In this document: positions 12,929-21,576 of the stretch, in pieces
Layout of the letters: every line of letters starts with the position of its first letter
Position numbering within the stretch: the stretch's first letter is position 1
DNA from: Catajapyx aquilonaris
Lineage: Eukaryota
Reading direction: 5' to 3'
NCBI GenBank assembly: GCA_000934665.2
Contig: KZ538345.1
Coordinates: 62,001 to 83,576, forward strand
DNA: 21,576 bases
Notes under the pieces: generated by a model
Told to the model about the DNA's origin: nothing
Database searches by the model: none
The model's input: only the letters and a program-made list of their open reading frames with translations
Position numbers and translations under genes: made by a program

Positions 12929-13295
12929 CAAGGGAATGACAAAGGGTGGTCGCCTCCGATTTGGCTGAAACTCGCTTGAGGGGTCAATCGTGTGCTATAC
13001 ACAGAGTGGTGAAAGTCCTAGATGCCACTGTTCATCCGTTTCCGAGATATGAGCGAAGGAAACATCAGAATTTTGGCTGCGCGTACGGGGTTCGGGCAGG
13101 AAAGGGACAAGTGCAATGGCCATATACCCATATAGGCCTACCCGCGGCCAAAATTCGGATGTTTCCGTCGCTCATATCTCGGAAATGGATGAACAGTGGC
13201 ATCTAGGACTTTCACCACTCTGTGTATAGCACACGATTGACCCCTCAAGCGAGTTTCAGCCAAATCGGAGGCGACCACCCTTGGTCACTCCCTTG
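12929..13295. mobile_element. Foldback MITE, 367 bp, with 157-bp inverted arms and a 3-bp TTA TSD (compatible with PIF/Harbinger-type; superfamily uncertain)
   Basis: 12929-13085 is the reverse complement of 13139-13295 with 7 mismatches and no indels; the spacer is 53 nt. TTA flanks both ends (12926-12928, 13296-13298). Confidence 0.9.
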
Positions 13296-13804
13296 TTAGT
13301 AGTTCCGGTAGCTCTTGTCCGTAATATTATTGGTGGCGCCATTGGGCCAGTTTCCACGTAGGATTCCTTTCATACTGCTTGACAATTTATGCTACAAATG
13401 AACCGTTCTATCAGAAGAACACGTAGGACTATCACACTTTTTTTTCTCTGATTGTTGAGAGCTGGTGGTTGAGAGATGAGTATGCAACGGACGCGGCTGC
13501 GTACTCTGGGCACGCTACAGGCCCAATTAGAGAATATGCAGGCATACATGTAAGAAAGAAGTGGGGCCATTTCAGAGAGCCGTCTTGTTCCAGGTAAGAG
13601 TGTCGTAATCATGTGGCTATAAGTTTTTTAGGTGCTTTTGCACGAGACTGCAATAGGTTCTTGGGCTCACCTAATACTGTATGTGTAGGTTACTATGCAG
13701 TGCACATTATTTTATGTCCAATAGTGCAGAGAGCCCTCCTTCCCCATCTCCACCCCCATGTGACCCTCCAAATTTGGAACTGCAATAATAATAATAATAA
13801 TTGT

Positions 13805-14476
13805 TAGAGTCCGGATTTTTAGGCACGAAAAAACCTTCAAATAGGCACAAAATTTCTCACAATTTTTACTTTTTCGGGCGTATGGTGGATAATGTCACAG
13901 AAAATTTAAAAAAGCTAAAATAATTTTATAGGTCTAAAGTATAAATATAAGGTCACAAACCATGAAAAAACCGAATAACAACGATAAACTGACGGGAAAC
14001 CACGAAACTCGGGCAAAAGACACGAAGTGCAAGCTATAGTATACCACTTGCTCTGGACTCTACTCTTATATAGGCCTATCCAGTTTCCACTTGCACAATA
14101 TGTTGCCAAATATACGCGTCACGGAAACATGATTCGTATTACTTCTGCACGGTTTTGGTCCTTTCAGGAATACAAAAAATAGTCCGCAAAAAAACCGAAG
14201 ATGCCTTTCAAGAAATAGGTCCGTAATAGGCCCAAAAAGTCCCGAAATTGCTTCAAAAGTTCAAAAACTATCCCAAAAAAAGACCAAATAGGCATGAAAA
14301 GGCGCGAAAAGCCAGAATAGGCAAAATAGTTCCCAAAACCACGAAATAGGCAATATTAGGCACTCTAAAACCTACATTTTCAACACCCTGCACTTATGAA
14401 ACGGATAGGACTCTTCACAAAACCATCCCAACTGTTAAGGAATTAAATACGCATTTGCCTAAAAATCCGGACTCTA
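13805..14476. mobile_element. Non-autonomous hAT-type DNA transposon, 672 bp
   Basis: Perfect 21-bp TIRs TAGAGTCCGGATTTTTAGGCA (13805-13825) / TGCCTAAAAATCCGGACTCTA (14456-14476). Perfect 8-bp TSD ATAATTGT at 13797-13804 and 14477-14484. Repeated internal AATAGG motifs. Confidence 0.93.
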
Positions 14477-17400
14477 ATAATTGTTCACCTTCTAATGGTT
14501 TTGGCGGTAGAAATAATCGCAAATCTATAGAAACGGCTAGAATGTATTTTGCTGCTTCGTTATGCTTACAGTATTGTGCGGCTCGTATATGTAGTTGGCC
14601 ATTTGATCTATATCCCTGACCGTAAAAGGAGACAGATTTTCATTACGTTATTAATAATGAATAAAAAAAGTTAGACAAGGAGCAAATGTTCAGATATCGT
14701 CATTATACCTGCACAGTTCTCAGTGAGTCTTAAACGGGGGCACTTCGTCATCAGTATACTTACTGTAGACTATATATTAGAATCCATTGTCAGGCTATAT
14801 TGTATAGGCTATAAAAATGAAGGAAGGGAGGGAAAAGGGAAGGGAGGGATATTGGTGAACTACTGCATATACTGTAGTCATATTAGCGTGACGTCGCGCC
14901 CTATCATTCCTTACACCTAGGTCGGTCCTGCCCTCTCTTACTTTCCCCCTACTAGCGTGATGGATTGATATTCATTCACTAATGAAACCATGAAAAATTT
15001 TAAACAATATAATAAACTTAAGTAGGCTTTTAATGATGTATCGTCAGTGGTCTAGCTTATATTCATGCAAAGATTAAGGTCTATTGTGACAACATCATGT
15101 TTGCAACACTGGTAATGTAGTGTTAGGTAAAGGTTGTCAATGAAAACATACTTTAGTTATGGTCATTATGAAAATGTTACTTTTTCTGTGTATCTTACTC
15201 TTTCAACATTTCTCTGCTTAGAAATAATAAATATAGAAAAATAAGGAAGGAAAATTTCATTTGTAGCTTAATTAGAACCACATGCTTACAACATTCCAGC
15301 TGATCGCTAGAAAACGCATATAAAAAGCATGATGTTGGCTACGTAATTTGGCTCCCTTTAAGAACAGTAATTGCAGTAAACCGTCAAAAATACGATTTTG
15401 TTCAGTTGTTTTGACAGGATAGCTCATTTCTCGGCCCCTGTAACGACAGCAGTAGGTACGACAAGTGTGAGTCATAAGTTAGCTGACTTCCAGGATAATC
15501 TCAAGGACGTTTTTCTTCCCGTCACCATCCAAGGTTTGCACGGATTCTCGTAACCACAAAATCTACCCGGATGTTTCGGTTTATCTATCTACTACCGCAT
15601 CTTGCTTTTAGTGCCATAAGCCCAATAACTTTTTTTCCCCACTGGACTGCTTTTTTACTGCTTTTGGCGGATCACCTGAGGAACGTCTACGAACTACGAA
15701 TCACTGGCTAACCCTGACAAGCGAGTTAATAACATCCTCATAGTGTCGCTTTGCTATAGCCTTGCCACAGTCGGGTGCTCTTTTGAACGATATCAAACAG
15801 TGTCAATTTTTGGCACTCATACGAAGCGTGTGCTTTCCACATGGCCCTGCTGGAAATACGTGCAGTTTTTTTTAAAAAGCGTGTTGAACTTAAGTGTCTT
15901 CTCATTGAACACTTATTGGTCATAGAGCGGCAATACAATGCCACGTGTTTTACACCACGTTTAGGCTAGCTGTGTGGTGGCTCTCATGTCATGAGAGCTG
16001 TAGTTGGTGTAAAATTACTAAGTGCATATATGTCAATTTGTTCCAGGAGGAACTCATGCATACCCAGTTCCGCATTTGCATGTGAAAAGGTGGAAAAATA
16101 TAAATAAGCCCTTTGGACGAACGTAAAATACTCAGCAAGCAGGGTTGCATGTGGCTTAACTCGCTGCGCTGCAGCCATTGAATACATATCATTTTGGAGT
16201 TTGCAACATCAATTTTCACTCACTTGTGATGACACCGGGTCTCCTAATAAGAATGCTGCCGATATTTATTGCTTTAAATATTATTGTCTGACGACAATAT
16301 CATGGTGAATGCGAATTAGTGCTTAATGCCAGGACATGTGAAAGCAATATAGTAGAGGCACATATAGTGACTATGACTGTTCCCAATATGATCTTGAGAC
16401 CAAGACTCGGCAACGTCGCATTATCACCTCCGGCACATTTCAGTTTAGCTTAGTACTCGCGAGCACACACCAGAACTGATGAAACGCTGTATAGGTAGTA
16501 GATAATAGTAATGAAATTTGATTGTACCCGCAATCAAATCCATCGAATGAAGCATGAAACGGAGCCCACCAGTCTATTTCTCCGCCATAATGACATATAG
16601 ATGAAAGTCGACTCAGCTTGTTAAAATAAAAAGAGGAGGGGGAGATAAAAAGAATGTCGTGGAAAGGAGTGTTTGCAGTGAGTTTTCCTCCCACCTCCCC
16701 CCTACCCTCCACCTTCTTTCTCCATCTCCATTCCATCCCCTGGAGCATTCCTCGTGATCAGCTTCCATTAGGCGTCCGCTCGTAAATCTGGCAACGCCCT
16801 GGCTCAAGTAGTCCCCGAAGACCAAGCCCGACTCGGAGACCGTGTCGCACTTAATGAAATTTGGTCCTCCGCAGCCCAAAGGAGTCCCCTGCCACCACAC
16901 GAGATGATTGGCGGCCGATCGGTGCGATTGTTACGGCCTGGGGAATACCGAATAGCGGACGTTCGTCGAGAGGACAACGCACTTAACTTCCATTCCTACT
17001 CGACCGCAGAGAATCTACCTATTGTGGGCACAGGCACTTTGGGTCCGCCATTTTACGCCCTTCGGTTCAGTCGACCTCCAGGACTTGTCTAGGGTCAGCT
17101 CTCATTTGCAAACGAATGTCGTTGAAACGAACGTGGTCCGCTGCCTCAATCGCTCTCGGCTTATCTTTCGCAGACACTGAATGAATCCCTAATAAAACTT
17201 GGGGCGTAATGAGCTTTGCAGCCTGAGACATAGGAATAGAGATCAGCCTGTCAGGTATGTGGGTGGAGAGCATGTTCTTATATCCACAACATTGACAGGT
17301 AACGTGTTATTACTAACTAACCCTATCTAGCTCGTTTCCATCATGATGTGTCATGTAGGCGCGTCAAAAAAAAAATGCTAAAAGGACTCGCTCATTGTTG

Positions 17401-17515
17401 GAATGTCGTGAACATGTAGGTATTTTCAGAGTGTGGCAATTGAGGTCTGTTTTAGTTAGCGACTTTTAAATCATTACGATCCTCTTATTATTAAGCGGTT
17501 ACTTTTAGGAGTTAT

Positions 17516-17815
17516 AATAATAATAATAATAATTCATAATTCATACCCCGTTATCAGCCGGCGGCTCTTTAGGGGGGATATTTTTTGTTTTGACTGGAAC
17601 TCTTCGTTTCGTTTTTACTGCTCTTTTTGGAATCGGATAGGAAAGGAAGGAGGCGGCTGTGGCCTATTAGGTTAGGAAACAACTCCGGAATTCTCCTGGA
17701 GGAACCGTGGGAAACCACAGAAACCCACGGTTAGAGTTGCCGGCACCGGGATTCGAACCCAGGACCTCCCGATTAGGAGTTGGATATCATATCCCCTCCG
17801 CCGCCACTGCTTCGG
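17516..17815 (-). mobile_element. tRNA-derived SINE (~300 bp) with (TTA)n tail
   Basis: On the minus strand: A-box-like TGGCGGCGGAGG (17806-17795), B box GGTTCGAATCC (17759-17749), body motif GGTTTCTGTGGTTTCCC and a simple-repeat tail at 17516-17532. Direct repeat TACTTTTAGGAGTTAT at 17500-17515 and 17816-17831 is the TSD. Confidence 0.93.
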
Positions 17816-17862
17816 TACTTTTAGGAGTTATGGAAAGATAACCTGCTAACATTAGGCTCAGT

Positions 17863-18158
17863 CAGCCCCCCCTGATACAAATACGATACGGTAGTTTAAT
17901 ATAAAAGGCTCCGCTAGGCTGGAGATTTGGCGCTGGCGCGCCTCCATAGCCGGCTACCGCTGCCAGCCACCCGAATCCTAATCTGCGAACGCCCTCCGAG
18001 GAAAGAACGGTTTGGGTTGGTTCCGGAGGCGGCCAACCCGAACCGACCCTCCAGTAGCCGGCTGTGGGGGCTCGCCAGCGCCAAATTCCCCGCCTAGCGG
18101 AGCCTTTTATATTAAACAACCTTCAACACAGGGCTAGGCTGGATGTGTCAGGGGGCTG
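17863..18158. mobile_element. hAT-type MITE, 296 bp, with long internal inverted repeats
   Basis: Termini CAGCCCCCCCTGATACA / TGTGTCAGGGGGCTG. Perfect 8-bp TSD GGCTCAGT at 17855-17862 and 18159-18166. Internal 64-bp inverted arms at 17894-17957 / 18054-18117. Confidence 0.88.
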
Positions 18159-18471
18159 GGCTCAGTAGTTGTGTGCATGGGTGAGGGTTTACCTTGCAAT
18201 ACTGTAAAATTGATTCAAATGTTAAAGTCCAGTTGCATCGCCCCGAGGAGCGGCTGGAAGAGAGCTAGAAAAGTTTTTTATTAATATATTAGTTGACAAC
18301 AATGAATAACAAACTATTCTGGCTAATTTCCGGCCGGAATATTTGCCTGAAGGCGGTGCAACAGAACCTTAACGAGTAAAATTACTCACTTTTGTCTATA
18401 GCCAGGAAATTCATTACAATTAGCGCTAAATCAATGCTTCTACTTAGCCTAATATTATATAGCTCCTGTAA

Positions 18472-18754
18472 AGGAACATTTCCAAAATAACTCCTTAATA
18501 ACAAGCGGTGTAGTGCGAAAAATCGCTAACTAAAACATACACCTCAATTGGCGCACTCTGTGTAAGATCCGCTTTCGACAGCAAAAGCTGCTGTATAGTA
18601 AAACATGTTAGCCACGATAGAATTTTGCCTTATATTTTGCTCAAGTGAAAATCGGTCAAGTGTGCATTTTTTCCACTCGTGTTCTTTCGAGTCAGCCCTA
18701 TCTGCTTTTGACTTTCAGCTTCAAGTCTATAATCTCGTGAAAGGGAATGCTCCT
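18472..18754. mobile_element. Probable degenerate Kolobok-type (TTAA-target) MITE, ~283 bp
   Basis: Left GTAA|AGGAACATTTCC and right GGGAATGCTCCT|TTAA form 12-bp TIRs with 2 mismatches and AGG termini. TTAA is intact on the right and has one substitution on the left. Confidence 0.5.
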
Positions 18755-20568
18755 TTAAACGTATACCGGTAACAGCTTTGATTTAAAAGAGCTAAACAGT
18801 AATTGGCTTTGCAATTTATCAGTAGCATTTCAAAACGGGCAAAGCTGGCACATGCGATTTTATGAAAGCCTTTTAAACGCATTTTCATGTTGTAATCATA
18901 GTAATTAGGTTTGGACCAGTGTGCGGGAGGCTTCATTTCCTTTTGGTGTGGTTTCGATATGATGTTGTGCCACATATAATCGCAAACAAATCCAACAACT
19001 TTGCCCTTGTAACACTCTGCAGAGGCTGTAGGTCAAAAAGTCAGTTCTAAAAATATTTCGAAAAGCCGTTCTTGGCCTTTGTTTAAATAATCACTTTTTT
19101 TTCATATCTCAATTGCGCAAACTTATTCCACCTTTGTTTGCACCTTTAACTGGTGTTTCCATAACATTGTTTCGTGGGGAACATGAGTAACAACGTTAAC
19201 AGAAATATGCTAAATTCAGTGTCATATTCCAGTTTCTCTACATGGTTACAAGCAGGTATCAGGGCGCCAGATATGGGAGAAAGGGTTGTAATCACCTTTT
19301 ACAGTCTCGACACACAAGATGTCCTGTGCGGGGTGCCTCTATCAAGAACCACATTAAGCCTGTTTTTGTGTAGGTACAAGGTACAGGGGACGGGGAGGGT
19401 GCACAAAAGTTGTTACATTGTGGCAGGATGGGGGGAAGGATGTCTCCAGACCTCATTCGTCATCTTACCCTCACAGTCGGGCCTAGTACTGTCGTGACCA
19501 AAAGGTCGCAGGGCAATAAAAAATTATACTGCAGTATGGATCAACAAAAAAGAGAGCTGCTCCGTAATAGAACCGGTTACGTAACGTGGTGCCACCATGT
19601 TTGGTGCGCACACTTTAAAATTGAAAGGCTTAAGCAAGTTGATGCTAATAGGGTTTTCTGGCACTCAATTTATGATGGTATCATACCATTTTACCGAACC
19701 ATTTTTGCTCAAAGACATCTCGGCCCACTAAATTTCTCCCGATGACATATTGTCGGACTTGTGATATGAGTATAAATAAAATTGTGGCTAAATGTGTCCT
19801 GGCCTCTACAACCTCCATCACTCGTCAAAATAGTAGGCCTAATGTTTATGAATACGCACACCCACACACCGGTATGCAGATGGTTACATAATGAAACTTC
19901 TTTAATTGATTGGTAACGTTAGTTTTTCCTTGTGTTGTAGACAAACCTGGAAATTTTGAGTGTCCGGGGAGGCGGGCGAATGGATTTTTCCTGGAAATTG
20001 TTGAACTTTTCGAGAACTCTTTGAATGTCATGTCCATTATCAAGTTATTAGTCTACTGACTTCCATGTAATAGCTCCAAATCTTATTACAGCCAATTTAG
20101 GAAATGAGCCCGCCAATGTCGGCCGTGATTTCTGGGAATTCCTGAGGGACATAGTATTATCAGACAAATATTGTAATAATTCTGTGAGTAATTTGATGAA
20201 TTATTCAGCACAAAAGTTAAAATGTTATTATTAATTGGACGGTGTTATGCAATAATGACTCAACCCACATGAGAACAGTTTTGAGAAAAAAAAGGCTTTG
20301 AAGGTCATACCTGTGAAATTAATTCAGTGTTATTTTCGGTCATTTATGGCAGAAGTATAGATGCAGATTTCACCAGCGTGCAGTGACATATTACCAATTA
20401 GGCCAAGTAGGCATGTGCCTATAGAGCGGCAAATTTTAGGGGGCGGCCGCCCTAGAGTCAAGATAATTTTCTCCTCGGTAAAATTTTCCGCCTCCATGAC
20501 ATTTAGAAAATTTTGACGCGTGCGAAAATAGGTACTTTATGCAAGACTTTATGACGTCACCGTTCATG

Positions 20569-20721
20569 TGCCGCCCCAAGATGATTCGCCCGATGCTCGA
20601 GACCAGTAAGGCGAAAGTCGCGTGCACCCTTCCCCCCTAGGACAGTGGGGATCTGTGCAGGATCTACAGGCGACTTTCACCCTTACTTGTCTGGCATCGG
20701 CCGATTCACCTTGGAGCGGCA
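20569..20721. repeat. Imperfect inverted repeat (~55-bp arms) inside the hAT element; possible nested foldback MITE
   Basis: 20569-20624 (TGCCGCCCCAAGATGATTCGCCCGATGC...GAAAGTCGCGTG) aligns to the reverse complement of 20667-20721. Weaker symmetry may continue outward to ~20457/20831. Confidence 0.75.
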
Positions 20722-20896
20722 TAGAAAATGTATAACCCCCAAGATGAAATTCACTGGATTTTGCTAAGTACTTGAATCACCAAAATTTCAAAATAATTTG
20801 AAACAACAATTTTCGAGATATTTGGCCTTGAAATCCGCAAATTGCGGAATTTCCCCAATCTCGGACCTAAAAAACAGACAGGAGTGGGGGGGGGGG

Positions 20897-20912
20897 NNNN
20901 NNNNNNNNNNNN
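20897..20912. other. Assembly gap (16 N) following a poly-G run
   Basis: Run of n characters directly after G11. Confidence 0.99.
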
Positions 20913-21231
20913 GATAAGGTTATGCCTAGGGGCGGCAAAAGGCTAAATACGTCACTGCCAGCGTGATTTTAACTGAATGAAGTAGGATCCTTTATAAAGG
21001 ATCCTTAGGTACCGCTATATGTTCATGGGCTTATTTTGACATTTTTGTTGGTTGACAAATTGTTTTTAACATCGTCCATGCACATCATTTGTAAGTTAAC
21101 TTTTGGGTCATTTGTGGCAGTAGTATGCAGATTTCGCCACCTTGATTTTAACCGAATGAAGTAGCCTACTATCCTTTGGGTGTATAATTATGTTCCTGGG
21201 CTTAACCATTTTGACATTTTTGTGGGTTGAC

Positions 21232-21310
21232 CCATATTGCCCAACCTTTTTCGGGTCGCGACCCCCTTTTATGATAGTCAAGTAACCTGCGACCCCCCCC
21301 CCCTCCCCCC
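21232..21310 (+). mobile_element. Probable degenerate left end of another hAT/Charlie-like MITE
   Basis: CATATTGCCCAACCTTTTTCGGGTCGCGACCCC resembles hAT/Charlie-type ends, and GCGACCCC occurs twice. It begins where duplication copy 2 stops aligning. No matching right end or TSD is visible in the window. Confidence 0.45.
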
Positions 21311-21576
21311 GAGTGTTAGTAGGCGTTGAAAAAAAAAACTTCGCAGCGAAATGACCCATAAAATTTGTTTCATTAAAAAATTTGAAGTACTTTTTAAATT
21401 TATAAAAATTACCACATCGACGCGCAACCCTCCGGAAAAGGCTCCCGACCTTGATCACACAATTATGCACAAATTACAACACTAACAAGGGAAGTGTCTG
21501 TAGGGCCATCGGCCAATCGGCCCGAAAATGACACTAGGGGTAAATCGCAGGCCAGAAATTCATTGGTGAAAGTAAA

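Larger units (their letters stand above)
20381..20957. mobile_element. Non-autonomous hAT-type element (~577 bp as assembled; contains an N gap)
   Basis: TIRs CAGTGACATATT / AATACGTCACTG (1 mismatch). Perfect 8-bp TSD CCAGCGTG at 20373-20380 and 20958-20965. Subterminal GCCTA..G.GCGGCAAA motifs near both ends. Confidence 0.9.
20338..21239. repeat. Diverged local direct duplication (~180-bp period); copy 1 is split by the hAT insertion
   Basis: Copy 1 is 20338-20380 plus 20966-21062 and copy 2 is ~21106-21239. Shared blocks include GGTCATTT.TGGCAG.AGTAT, GCAGATTTC, GATTTTAAC.GAATGAAGTAG, TATGTTC.TGGGCTTA and ATTTTGACATTTTTGT.GGTTGAC. Confidence 0.85.

Noticed and set aside
15676..15702. Penelope-type hammerhead-like CTGAGGA...CGAAT
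   Set aside because: Stem II does not close and GAAA is absent.
15980..15998. Short palindrome GCTCTCATG-T-CATGAGAGC
   Set aside because: Isolated 9-bp arms with no associated element or context; could be chance.
17421..17443. Acceptor-like ttttcAG followed by (E)CGN as the start of the netrin C-domain exon
   Set aside because: In-frame TGA follows immediately; the true NTR exon is probably beyond the window.
19410..19745. THAP-like wording in the 111-aa ORF (VWCAHF ... DGIIP..TIF)
   Set aside because: Lacks the CxxxC, the conserved Pro/Trp and the exact CxxH spacing of THAP domains; not supportable without a profile search.

Overview
Eukaryotic (animal, most likely a large-genome arthropod/insect) genomic window lying inside a netrin (UNC-6/NetA/NetB/NTN1 family) gene on the + strand. 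Three consecutive internal coding exons splice together in frame: laminin-EGF V-2 (1491-1679), laminin-EGF V-3 (8275-8424) and a 60-nt linker exon (12399-12458) that the ORF track misses. All three are phase 1-1. The upstream (LN/V-1) and downstream (NTR/C345C) exons were not found and presumably lie outside the window. About 98% of the window is intron, rich in short non-autonomous transposons: four hAT-type MITEs with intact 8-bp target-site duplications, a 367-bp foldback MITE with a TTA TSD, a tRNA-derived SINE with a 15-16-bp TSD, probable Kolobok-type relics, several long hairpins, a compound (ATG)n/(ATT)n microsatellite, G-quadruplex-prone tracts and a 16-N assembly gap. No prokaryotic-type systems (CRISPR, operons) and no intact transposase or RT genes are present. 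The most interesting leads are hypotheses: a possible intronic-polyadenylation netrin isoform lacking the C domain, long dsRNA hairpins in the netrin pre-mRNA, and a local duplication that preserves the empty site of one hAT insertion.
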